Assembly (NCBI RefSeq): GCF_003704095.1
Contig: NW_020844837.1
Span: 558,001 to 622,000 of the forward strand
Direction: 5' to 3'
Origin: Pocillopora damicornis
Lineage: Eukaryota
Length of the DNA: 64,000 nt
Positions 12,071 to 25,300 of this stretch are shown here, one piece after another. The position numbers and the translations under genes were made by a program. How positions within the stretch are numbered: position 1 is the first letter of the stretch; the number at the start of each line of letters is the position of its first letter. Under the pieces are notes generated by a model. The model ran no database searches. It was not told the origin of the DNA and saw only the letters and a list, made by a program, of their open reading frames with translations.

Positions 12071-13285
12071 ATGGCTAGATGGGCAAAAATTAAGTTTGGT
12101 TTTGGTTCCTTGTTGGTCCTCTCTGCTGTTTCATTGGGTTTATTTTTTGCTTTTCTTGAAATGTCAGTGCACCGACACATTGTTCTGAGCCAGGATCTAC
12201 TTGGTGCTTCGAAGAGGTTATTTTCATTGACAGAGCCAATGACCACGATACCGAGGGCTCCTGTTAAGCCGACGGACAAGGCTCTGGAGAGGAAGCAAAG
12301 GATTGTGTTAATTGTTGCTCATGGCCGGTCTGGTTCTACGTTTCTGGCCAGCATTTTCAACCAACATCCACGAGTATTTTACGTGTTTGAGCCACTTCAT
12401 GGAATTCAGAGAACAAAACCTGAGGATTATGATAAAATTGCAATGAATCTTCTTCATCACATTTTCAAGTGTGACTTTAGTGCGGGAAATTCAACGCGGG
12501 ATATCGGCAGTTTTTTTCGGTTCTATAGTCGAGCCCTGAGCTCTCCGCCATTCTGTAACTTTAGACAGGGAGATCCTAGATGGCGAAGAAAAGACTGTTT
12601 AACTGTAACACAAGAAAATATTGAACATTCGTGTAAAAAACAACATGATACAATTGTTTATAAGCTTCTCTTGGAAAGGATTCCTGGCCAATCAATCGAA
12701 AAGCTCTTTGAAACTTGCGAATTGGCGGGAATAGAGTGCAAAATCATATATTTATTACGTGATATAAGACCAGTGGTAATGTCTTCTCAGAGGGTAGCCT
12801 TTTTCAAAGAAGTGAACAGAAGGGAAAAGTCATCGATGAGACAATTTGTTCATTCTCGTTGTCAGATGACGGAGGCAAATCTTCGTTTGGTGAGAAATCT
12901 TCCAGTATCGCTTCGCAGTCGTGTAAGACTGGTGCGATATGAAGACTTGGCGGTGGCACCCTTAACCGTTTTGCAGTCTTTGTTCGAGTATGCTGGACTT
13001 GAAGTGTTAGGAAATATCAAACAATGGATTGTAAACATAACACAGCCCAGCGCTAAGGATTTAAGGGCGGAGAAGCGAAATCCTGTATCTGTTATCAGAA
13101 ATTCTTTGGAGATTCTGAACAAGTGGCGACGTTTAATAGATTCCTGTTCAGTGAACGTGATTGAGAGATATTGCCGTGATGTGATGAAATCAATGGGCTA
13201 CATTGCAACAGAAGGCTCGGTAGAAATGCTTAAAAATCTTACAATACCACTTTTTGCTGAGAATTACCCAGCGGCTAAATATTAG
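12071..13285 (+). CDS. Golgi carbohydrate 6-O-sulfotransferase (CHST-like), tandem copy 2. 404 aa from ATG 12071.
   Basis: Same motifs as copy 1 (VAHGRSGSTF, FEPLH, RDIRPVVMSS, VRYEDLA) and collinear with it across the catalytic domain. Acceptor AG at 12020-12021 upstream. Confidence 0.9.
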   Translation: MARWAKIKFGFGSLLVLSAVSLGLFFAFLEMSVHRHIVLSQDLLGASKRLFSLTEPMTTIPRAPVKPTDKALERKQRIVLIVAHGRSGSTFLASIFNQHPRVFYVFEPLHGIQRTKPEDYDKIAMNLLHHIFKCDFSAGNSTRDIGSFFRFYSRALSSPPFCNFRQGDPRWRRKDCLTVTQENIEHSCKKQHDTIVYKLLLERIPGQSIEKLFETCELAGIECKIIYLLRDIRPVVMSSQRVAFFKEVNRREKSSMRQFVHSRCQMTEANLRLVRNLPVSLRSRVRLVRYEDLAVAPLTVLQSLFEYAGLEVLGNIKQWIVNITQPSAKDLRAEKRNPVSVIRNSLEILNKWRRLIDSCSVNVIERYCRDVMKSMGYIATEGSVEMLKNLTIPLFAENYPAAKY

Positions 13286-16200
13286 ATCGAGGAATGAAAG
13301 TCCAACATAATACTTTGTTGATCCGTCGAGATTTAGTTCTGCGTGTTTGATTCTGTGTTCATCCGGGCAATACAATAATCAATATATAATCAATATAACA
13401 ATCTTCTCTTTCGTGCCAGATTTTTTAACAATTATTATCAGCATTACTTGGTGAACAATGAATATTTTCCTCATGCCTGATGTTTTTTGCAGCACCCGTT
13501 TGATAATCTAAATCAATTTAAGTGTTTTTGTGTTATATCATAGAGCTAAGAGCATGCGTTGTCGTTGTCTTCGTGAACGGTCGTTAGCGGAATATCGCAG
13601 TATGCAGAAATCTCATCCGGTGTAGTTCCAGCTTCACAGAATTTTGAAAATCTGTTTCTCTGATCCAGTCACAATTAAATACTTTGAAGACACCAACTGG
13701 ATAATGCTTGAAATATCCTGATTCTTATTGGTGATTAAGGAGTTTTGTGATCCCGGCTTAGCCTGAAGATTTCGTAAAGTTTAATCGTATTACAAACGAG
13801 AACAATTTAATTCAACAGGTACCAGCAGTCTTTTACTAGTCTGAACATCCAATCTTCGCCCTATAAAACTAAATCCATTATTCATATCCCGGCGTACGGA
13901 TATACAAACAAAACGCGCTACATAGTGAAGTTTTTGTGGCGTTTTTCAGCCTGTAATTCTACGGGCACATTTTTTTCTGCAGAATAACGGGAAAACGAAT
14001 GATAAAGCAAATGTAAAGAGACGACAGAGCAGTGAGCAGGAATATATATTGCAATTTGTCAGCTTTCTTGATTTCTGCTTTCTAATTTCTCGTAACGTGA
14101 CAACATGGAATCAATGTATTCGTAGCAATGGATTTTCACCTAAACTCTGAATCATTTCGAACACGTCTTACAGAAATTTTATCGTATGGAAGGTCAGTAC
14201 GTCTTCAGGGACTGTTTGCTTCAAATCTGGGGATAAGCAGTCAGCACTTTTGGTGTAAAATCTCTGTTACCGAGGGGTGCGTAAAGACAGACGCGTTTGA
14301 AAATGAACGCTCTGTTGTTCCAGTTTATACAACCAAACAGGACGCCAAGCGACAAGACACTCTTAGGTGACATGGAAGAGGAAGATCCAGGTATGAAAAT
14401 GTGTTATTTATTGCAAGTTTCCAAAGGTCTCTCAAGGCTTTGAACGTGTGAAAATTTTCACGAGAGAACTGGAACCGACTGACGAACAGAAACTCACGAT
14501 GTAGGGACGGGAAGCGTTCAAAATTCCCCACCCCTAACATTTCTATCTTCGAAATATTTCCTTCAAGAGAATTTTGTAATGGTACATACGATTGCCGAGA
14601 GACTTATAGTCCCAGAAGAATTTGGAAGTGTTCTTATTGCCGCGGACGTTTCAGTCCAAAATAAGACGTCGTCTGGTACTTTATTTCGAAGACAAAAGGA
14701 TTACTTTATGTTCTAAAGAATTCGTTATTGATGTTTACGAGGTATAATAACTTTTGTCTGTTGATAAACTTTCGCTTCATCATTAATGGTATCATGTGCG
14801 GTAGACTAAACCGGAAACTCATCTGAATTCATAATTACTTGACAAATAATCTCTGCAAACTGCCAAATACGGCTCAGAACAAAACGAGGAATAGCAGAAA
14901 GTGAGCGCATTTGTTAAGAAATTTCTTTTGGGTTTGCAAAGGTTTTTTGAAGGAGCAAAATTGCTTAAAGTTTGGTTTCATTTTCACCGTTTACTTCAAT
15001 TTTCTCCTGTTAAAAAAAAAACAATTAAGGAAAAGCCTTTCTTCTTGGTTTTGTTGGTTCGGTCAGCCGGCTTTCACTTCGCATTCTCATTGTTAGTTAT
15101 CTTCTTGCTCAATTAATCTCTGTGTCATTTTAATGCTAATTTTGAGCTTTAAGCAAGCATTGTGACTTGAATACAAATAAATTCCTTCTAACCAGACCTT
15201 TTTAACTTCAAATGATCTGCCCCTCGCCCACGTTTAAGAATATATTATGCTAAGCTGGGCGACATTTCCAGAATGATTTGGTGTAAACAGAGTGCCACGG
15301 CAAACGTGAATATTTCCTTTTAACTTGGCGTCTTTTTGAAGTCGGGTTTTCAAAATTTAATCGATATTTTTTTGGAAATTACGCATCTTAAAAAAATAAT
15401 AAACGTTGAACATCTCCCATCAAAAGCTGCTATAGAATATGGAGCCGCTGGTTTGAATAAATCGATCGTTGAAAGCAAAAAATCTGTCGGGCTGTCGGCT
15501 GTCAGCGAACTTGGTTCCACTGAGAGAGTTAAAAACAAATCTTACGCTACAAATTCTACGCGATATTTTGTTTTCAGACGATTCTTATTTTGAAATTTTG
15601 AATCAGACAACCGGAGGGATTTTAATAATACATTGAAATTACATTTTTAGTACAAAGAAGTGTTTTATGTTCGTCAGTGACATCGAGTTGTTAATCATAC
15701 CCTTGAAAGTAATTTACTCCGGCCTGTTCATTTAAATTTTCTTCAGAAAACGATTTTATTTAGGTTCGCGACTCTTCAAAATAAGATTTCGTTTTCAAGC
15801 TTCACATGTCACAAAATAATATTTTCATTTCTGTCGCAAAGGAGTATTTTGAAAGCACTTAAGAATTACAATAAATATTTCGCTTGAGTTCGCGATATCA
15901 ATTTTTTTTTCATGGTGATTTGTTCAAAAACAGCAATAATTTTTCGCTAAATGCTGGTATCTCCTAATCGTAAACCAGACTCATCTACCGATCTAAGTAG
16001 TTGCATAATTCCATATTTCCATTTCAAAGGTGTTTTTTTTTTTTGTTTAATTTCTGTGATAACCGAATGCACAGCTCGTTGTTATCGGTGGCAAGCGTTG
16101 TCGGCTCCTGACAGATGTTCACGAAGAGAAAAAGGACCAAAAACACAAATAGGTAAAACCAAATAAACGTAATGAAAACACAGGGAAAATTACTCACGTT

Positions 16201-16354
16201 CTGACCAATAGAAATTTCTCAAAAATCAAAAAAATTTGCGAACCCGCTGGAACCGATAATGTATTCTGTAAGAATCTTGTTAACCGCGTGCTGTGATTGG
16301 TCCAGAATTTTTTTTATTGAATATTCATATTATGCTGTTCTCCGGAAGGGCAAG

Positions 16355-19300
16355 ATGGCTCCCTCGAAAGGTGAAATTCGCGAAGAACAAGTGTTTTATG
16401 GCACTTTCAGGGATTTTTCTGCAACGAAAAAGACAGGCTAACGTTGAGGTTTATTTTCGTTGTTTTCAGATGCGGAGGTGCGAAAGAAATTGTTGGAAAA
16501 CCTCAAAAAAGAGGTAAAGCGAATTGCAGTTGTCGCTTGTGAAATTTAAACGTCGAGCGATCAATCACTTGATTTTTTTATTCCACAGCTCTATTTCGCT
16601 TCGCTCAAAGATACAAAACTTGATTTTACTCCATTTTGCAGTCATGCATTGGGAAAAGTTGTATGTTCATGTTTCCTTGGCAATGTTTGGTTAAAAAGAT
16701 AGAAATGCTCGTCTTTTTAAAAATGTTGACCTGTTTTGTCGATTCCCAGGTCAAACAACTTATGGAAGAAGCTGTCACAAGGAAGTTTATTCATGCAGAC
16801 AGCTCTAGTATAACCTCCCTTTGTGGTAAGAAATATTGCATTTGTTTCCGACACTATTTTGCCGGCTGAAGAAAAATATTTAAGGTAGTAAAAACTCTGG
16901 TAGTGTTTCTGTAAAGTGTTAGTTTTGATTGGGTATAACTTGCAAACATTTCCTTCGCGGTCGATCTGTGAAGTGTTGTATACTTGCTAAAACGGGAATT
17001 TAAAACGCGGAAGCAACTCTAGCTTCAGCGGACAATCCCGCCCTTTAGTTGAAGTAAGCTTCACAGAGTCACATAATTTTATTTCTTGATTCAGGGATCA
17101 GACATGGTTTTCACCTGTATGCGAACACTCGTACGGAAGTAGCAAATCGACCAAATACGCGCTTTTGCAGGCATCAAACACAAAAATTCAAAACAAATAA
17201 ACTCTGCTTGCGGCTTTGAAGGGGGTTTCAAACAACGCAGCCCACATCAAAAATAAAGAGTAATTCAAGCCTTATTTAAACTGAATTGACAGGCTGCGCT
17301 CGAAGGTTTTTAATCAGAACCTCTCATTGCTCATTAAAATCCAAGATTTGCCTTTCAGCTGTGAACTTGTGCGAAATGCGATTAAAATACTTTATCGACT
17401 GTCGGAAAAAAAAATACAGGAGGATTTTTAACTATTAATGTAACGTGATGTTTTTTGGTTTAACTTTTTAAATTATAAAACACTTTGTATCCAGATAAAT
17501 AAATTGCTATTTCCTAATAAAATTAGCAGTGTCTCGCGACCGACAATATCGGAAAATTTTATATTAATATGCAGAATTTAAACATGTTGCACCCCGTTGC
17601 CATTTCGTAATACTAGTTTCATTACAGGAGAATTTTTTAAAGTACCTTACTTTAAACTTTCCTTTCGGTGGGTATGGTTTGAAAAATGATGTAAACCTAT
17701 CAAAACCTTTATAAAATTCGTGAAATGGAATTTTATATCAAGTCACTGTTTACACAGGGCACGATCTTAATTTTATCGTTGTTCACTTAGGCACGCAAGG
17801 TATAATTCTTGTATTTTTTGCAAGAGTTGTCTTGTTTTAACAATAATGGTATACCGTTCACGTCTCTTCATTTCCTCGATTTTTATAATTATATGTGTCT
17901 TAAATTTTATCCTCTAGACATATTTGTGCCTACTAGACTGGAACCAACATCCAATCTTCTTAACATCAAAAATGTACTGTTATAGTTTTGTTGTTTCAGT
18001 TTGCAGAGAAGTGGTTCATGTAAATTTTTTGAGTGTGAGCGTGACAATTTTTAAATATTTTGATAGCCAAGGAAAGTTATAAATTATCAAAGATAGGCAA
18101 AGATTTCACTGAAAATTCAAACAGCCAAGAATACTAATCCTTTTAAAAATGAAATTGGCAACAGTAGAAAAAATGCAAGTTGGTGGGAGTGTTATTCAGC
18201 ACGGTGAATAATTAAAATTCTCTTTTGTTGAGGGACGACAAGTTCACTGTTTCACTTGCATTGAGGTAATAGCCCTCTTTAGAAATGTCACTTTGATGCA
18301 TGGGTCAGAAAGGGGGAGGGGAGGGGGTGTACTTTATTAAGTCTACTATGGCTTTGTGTCATGCCAAAGGATTCATTGAAACCTTGTAATTTTCTATGCT
18401 TGCAGCTATTGAATCAATCTAAAATTCACTGTACTCGGTATACTGGATATCTCAGAGTGTTATGTGTTATTTTTTTGTCTGTGGCAAATTGATCCACTAT
18501 GTCATTACCACTTTTTTCACTTGATCATGAATAGTCATAGATTCTTGGGGAAATAGACCTTCTCCTAGAGATGAATTTTAACCCTTTAACTCCTCAAAGT
18601 GATCAACACCTAACTTCTCCCTCTAATATCCATGCATTACCCAGCAAACATGTAATGAGGATACTTAAACTTATCAGGTAGAAGTTATCTTTATCTAACA
18701 CAAAGTTCTTACCAGTAATTTATAAGGTAATATGTAGCAGCTAGAGGAGAGAATTAAAAATCAGATCTTGATAGTTAGAGTGTTAAGAAATAATTGATTG
18801 ACCAAGAACTGAGCATGTTTCCCCAGGGCTTTATTGTGGTTTGAATATATTTTCTTACCATTTTTTTAAGGATTTGTTTTCAGTTTAGTTTTCTGTGACA
18901 TTTTTGTAGGTGCTGTAGAGGCAGGCATTGCACATGGCTTGAAGAAAAGAGCCGCTGGTCTTCTTCCTGCCCAGGACACCCAGGCTGTTTTGGAAAAGCT
19001 TGCTCGTTTATCAGAACCTGCTGCTGAACTTGTCAAGAAACTCTCTGGGGAAGAGGAGAAAAGCAAGGATGGAACTAAGAACACATCAGCAGGTATATTT
19101 CAAGGAATAATAGTTGATATGTTGGGAGACCTCTAACCATCTCATCTCCAGAAGTGATTAACATGTAACTTCTCTCTTTAATGTCTTTAAATTATTTAGC
19201 AAGTAGCTAATGAGAAAACTTATATTGATCAGGTAGAAGTTGGCATGACTAATTTATAGGGAAATGTGTGCAGCAGCCAGGAGGGAAATTAACAATCAAA

Positions 19301-22300
19301 TCCTAGGAGTTAAAGGGTTGTACAAGCTTAAAGACCAAAGGGTCAGACCATGCAAGTCAAGACTAGTTTGAGTTAAATCTGATTGGTTGAAAGTGTGGTA
19401 TGACTTCTCCAGACTAACCACACAACTTAATATGCAGCGCGAAAAATAAAGCTTGTACAATATTCTGTAAATATAACAGAACATAAATAAAGTAAATGTC
19501 TAATTTTACAGCTTCATTTGTAGATAAGTAATTACAAAACAGATGAACATAGCCACAGTCAGCAACACAACACTTTTGTTTGTAGAATCATTGGAACAAG
19601 GTTTCATGGAATTTTTTTTTTATACATGAAAAATTTAATTATTTCCATGTTTTGAAGGCACAATTATTTTCTGCCCAAGGTTAAAGATTCACAGGAAAAT
19701 CTCTTTAAAGAAAGTTACTTTAAAAAGTGGTTGTTTAAAATGTAATGTCAGCAAAACACTTTCCTCAACTCATACCTTCAAGGTCTCGAGAGCTCACTAA
19801 AGCATCTTTCTATTAGGTACAAAGGGCATACTAAAGGTATTTTTTAGATATATTTGAACACCCTTGTTGAGCATTTTGACATTTAAATCGGGGCTTAAAA
19901 TGTTAATTTTAGTATCTGAATGTAATGTCTGCAACATGGAATCACCCATTGCTTTTGATACTCAGTTAAAAATTTTTCCAACTGACAGAATTTTTTATCT
20001 CATCAGGTTCTGCAGAAAGCCCATTACTCAAGTTGAAATTAAACTTCTCTGCGTTGAATGGAAGCAACAAGAAGATAAATGGATATAACATCAGTGGCCA
20101 TTGTGGCAAATTTTTGTGGATTAGAATAGCTCTTTTAGAAAAGTTGCTGGGAAAAATTGTGGAGGATCTTCAAAATAATGCAAGGTAAGGGGAGAGGAGT
20201 ATCTTGAAATAACACTACATACAAGTTTGAGAACTTCTTGACAACTATCAAGTTGATAATCTAGCAGATTAAACCTTTAACTCCCAAGTCCTGATTGTTA
20301 CTTCTCCCCTCAAGCTGCTATACATTACCATATAAATTAGTTACAGGAATTTGGTTTCAGATCAAGATAACAACTTCCACTTGATAAGTTTGAGCATTCT
20401 CATTACCATTATGCTGGTTGATGTATGGATAATATAGGGAAGGGAGAAGTTACTTCTTAATCACTTCTGGGATGAAAAGGGTTAAGTTATTTACCTTGTC
20501 AGTCTCCTCTGTGGTAGTTATTCAGGGTTATATAGTAACTTAAAATTGTAAATATTTTTAAATATTTTATTTGGATTAAAAAAATAATGACAAGAGCAAA
20601 ACAAAGACACCTGAGAACATGGTGAAAAAAATTCCCAATTATTGTGACAGAATTATGAATTAAAACTAAGAAACAAGTTTCACATGTGATGAGTTTCTTT
20701 TCAAAACTAAGTGTGAGAGGCACATTTATTTTTGATTTTCATAGTTTTCAAAACTGAAATCATTATTACTATTTTCATGGTTTTAACAATAACCTGCCAA
20801 TTGTTTTATTCTTTTGATCACCACTGATTTTTATCTGTGGATGTCTTTTTTCTTAAGGGGTGGCAAAAAGGGATGACTTTCTCAATCTCATTAAAGGCTA
20901 ATTTAGGATCCTGCATGTGGCCAGTGATTTAATATTACTTACTGTCAGTGGAAATGTAAGATACACATAACATTTTTTTTGAAATTAAAAGCCAATGTTT
21001 GAAATTCACCCAGCTTAAGAAAAACTCTGGGTGAATTGCCACACAAATCCTTATAATGAGCCCTTTGACTTGAATGTTTTTCCCTAATGACATGTCCAGT
21101 ACTTACCAAGAATGAAAAATTATTGGGTGGGAATACTTTTCCAGTGTCTAATGAAATTCAGGTAGACGTATTTGAATCAATAATTTGGCCTCCCCAAAAT
21201 TCTCAAAATCAGCTAAGATGGAATTTGAAACTAACCACAACCTGAAATGATACATGTAGCATGTTGCAAACTTTGCACAATTAATGATTTTGCATGTTAT
21301 GTAAAGAATTGTTATTCTTTGCTTTTCTGTATGACAGTAATATCACAGGTCTGTTTTGACAGGTCACAACAGTACAATTAAGAGGCATTGATATGAATGT
21401 GGGAAATTCAAAAGCTTTTGAGGAAAAAAAAAGCCATCAATGCATTAATTGCTTTTTAATGTATTATTTACTGCATATGTTTGTGTTCTTCATGTACACT
21501 GTACGTAGAGGGCGTGATAATTGCTATTATAATTGCCACAAAGCACAAGTGGTGGTAGATACTGACACTGAAGTGAACTTATGAAAGGTAATTTGTATGT
21601 TTTGCAGTCAATTTTATGAGCCTGAAGCCCTACTTAGTGATCCAGCTGATGGAAGAATATTTATTGAACTTTTAGGTAAGCGAATTACAATGAGCTTGCA
21701 AGGATTTACTTCCTTACTTCCTTAGATTAATGTTTTGTTAATTTTTTGCTGACTGACTGACTGATTGCAGTTTTTTCTTAAAATTTATGTGACTTACTTA
21801 CTTCTAAAACATTGTTAGTTACTTAATATCATTTGTCGAATGGATGGAAAGTTCAGCTAAGCATTTCATTGTTTTACATGTACTTTGACCTTCTGTCTGA
21901 GTGATTGGATTTTGTTATATAAATGTTTCTTGCTGTCTTTTAGAACAGATATTTAAAAAATACATTTGATACTTTATTATTTCCACTGAAAGATCCTATT
22001 CATTTAATTTTAGACATAAATTCAGTTTATTATTTTTTGCAAATATTGTAATTTTGTAGGCACATCGCTAATTAGTTGCCTAAGTTTCTTCTTTATTTGC
22101 ATACCAAAAACATGCAGTTATTGATGCAGAAAACTCATTTAGCAATCTTGATCCTTTATAAATTTATCTACTTGTTTCTGGAGTTTTTTTCAGTGGCTAT
22201 TGTTATTGTTAGAATTTATTACATGGGGAGACATATAGGAACCAGCCAAATTGCTTCTTTTCATTAAACAGAGATAATTCAAGTTCCATATTTATGTGGG

Positions 22301-25300
22301 GGCATCAGAATCAGTCATTGCACACACTTGCAACTTACATTGATTACCTTATAGTTCTTTGCCATCATCATTTTAAGAAGGAGAACTTTGCTGTTGATCC
22401 CCATTTGTCAGTTGCCACAAAATTAGTAACTGTTTTCATCAAAGTGATTGTATAGTGGTCTGGTTGACCTTTACACCTTAACATCACTGTTCATATTCTC
22501 CATACTGTACTCTATATATTTCTTTAAGTGTTGACAGAAAGGAGAATTTGTTTCACAATCAAACAGATTTACAGTTGAATCTAAATAACTTGAGCTGACC
22601 AAGGAATTGTGAAAAATCCAAGTTATTTGGTGTGTAGTCAAATTACTGAAGGATGAGATGATAACCTGAAATAAGTGATAATTTAAAACAGGTTTTAGGA
22701 AAAAATTTCAGTATTTCCCTGGCAAGTTTGCTTCTTCAGAAGAGTTCAACCATTGTTAGGCTCATTATAAAGGAAATTTAAAACCATAAAAAAAACATTT
22801 TGCTTTCAAAAAGAAACATCTGAGGAAAAAAATTTTTCTCTTGCATTGTAATAAAAAGTGTTCAGGTTGAGGGTACTTGAACAGTTAATGTAATAAGTAA
22901 AACCAGTGGAAATCAAATTTCTTCAACTTCATCAGAAAATCAAATTTATGTACTAAAGTTGAAAATTTACATATAGTCACCTGCAACTTGAATTATTTGT
23001 ATGTTTATTAGTTTAACATATTTTTCATTTCCATTTTTAGCAGTTTTTTCTGGGATTATTGTTATTTTGGCAACTCATGTTTAAAATGCAGTGTTAAAAA
23101 GAAAAAAAAGTGAGCTTAGTATTTACATTTTAAAGGAATCAATCAATTTGTGTTCCAAAATACATGAAATAGTTTAAATTCATGTTGACCTGTGACTTTT
23201 GAGTACCATAATCAATATCTTGATTGCCTTCAGTGGAACTTTGAGAGGACTTTTGAGAGTGTGTATCTTTAAATTTGTATCGTTAGATAAAAGACAAAGA
23301 TAAAACAACATCTTTTATTCAAGACATGAATGATAATAAGCTGTTGCCAAGCATATAGAAATATCTATAGAAGATGTGTCATATGTATGCGAACAGTATG
23401 TCATTGAAATATTAATTTGTTTTGTTTTGATTGTGTATTTCCAGATTAAATTGCTCATGCATATTCAAGGTTTAAATTTTCGACAAATTTAATTGTACAA
23501 CATTTGCTCTAAACAAAAGCTTTTCACATGTGGTTAAGCTCATCAAATTGTACTGTAACAAAATTTTATTATGTGCTTCCAACAAACAGATGATCTGCAA
23601 ACCAGCCACTTTATGAACATAGTTATTGTAGTTATTGTTGAAAATGTTTTTTAGAATGTATGATATATACATAGTTATTTGATAAAAGGTGGCTGTTTTT
23701 TCTTTTTGTACCTTAAACTTCAAAGAGGGAATTAATTTTAAAGCCACAGAGATCTGCTGCTTATCACATTACATGGTGGTTTACTACAAGCTTTGGGAAT
23801 GTAATAGTTAATGTCATAATTATTTTTATCATTCATATGTATGTGCACCAATTCTATGTAGGGTAGATCTTTAGGTCAAATTTCACAGACTGAGATATTT
23901 CTCCATTTATAATGCCGCATACATCTGCTTCCTATTATTAATATTAATCTTCTTTGCTTAACCAAAAAGCATGTTTTACATTGTATTTTTCCTATTAAAT
24001 TTACACACAGATGGTCCAAGTGCTTTAGACTTTTCAAAGATGAAAACACCAGACAGTTATTGGACTGATCCAACAGCAGATGAGCTTGTTCAAAGGCACA
24101 GAATACACAGTGGGTTATGTCAGCAGTCACCTACAACACCAACATCCCAGCGACCACAGCTGGGTGTAACAAAGGCCTCTTATGATGAAAACTTAGCAGT
24201 GGCCCCATTATTAGCAAGAGAACACATAGAGTCTCTTCACCAGAACTCACATGCTGCCCTCCTGTATGGGAAAAACAATGTCTACCTTGAACCAGTGAGT
24301 AGATATGATATCAAGTTGTAATGAAATAAATTTCATTTGACCTGAAGCTTGGATCATGACTTCTTTGAGATATGTGTGCGATATCCTTAAACTTAAACAT
24401 TTTTGGTAGATTTTAACCTATGGTTTCGTTATTTTTTTTTTTTTGAGATGTTATGTTGGTTAGGAGTTCTTCATTATGCATTCATTCATTTGGCCATTGA
24501 TCTTGATAATGGAGAATGATTTAACTGGTTTATGTGACTTGATTGATGTGTTAATACAAGTTGTACACTGTGTACAATCTGTATACATGAATAGAGTGCA
24601 TGTTATGGTTTATTACTCTGGATGAAGGGACTGAAATAAATTATCTTTTGTGATGGTCTAAAATACTTCTACTGCTAATAAATTGTTTGCTTGGAATTTA
24701 GTTTAAAAGAAAAATTGCATTGCTTGCTGGACAGTTTTAATTGTGTGGGAAATTATTACAGTCTTACCTCTTTATTGGTACAGTTGATTTCTGATTGTCT
24801 TTCATCAGGAAAAAGTACAACTTCATGCACATAGAGTTAATTAACTGATAAAGTATTCATGGCTATGAATTATTTCCAGTATTTTGACCAAAAAATACTA
24901 AATTACCTAGCATTTGTGTTACTGTTTTTTTTTCACAGCATGAAGAACACCCAATTGCTGGATACCTGTCACTACATAAAAGCAATGAGAGTTTGCTGCT
25001 GAAATGGACACCTAATAAGTTGATGAGTGGTTCCTGTGAGCGAGAGAAGAGTCAGTTTTGGGATTATGCACTGACCGTGAACTTGAATGATGTGGTGTAT
25101 ATTCACTGTCACCAGCATGGTAAGGCTGTACAGGACATACACTTTGTTTAGCTTACAACAATTTTACTTCATCCTTTAAACCTTAAGAGTGATCAGCATC
25201 AAATTTCTCATTACAGTAGTACTTCTGAATCATTCATTAAGATCATGGGAATAAAGGAGATTATCAACAACTTAAGAAGCTTTGATTGTTAAAGGAATTC

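Noticed and set aside
8477-13122. Similar minus-strand ORFs at 8477-8716 and 12862-13122
   Set aside because: Antisense shadows of the duplicated sulfotransferases.
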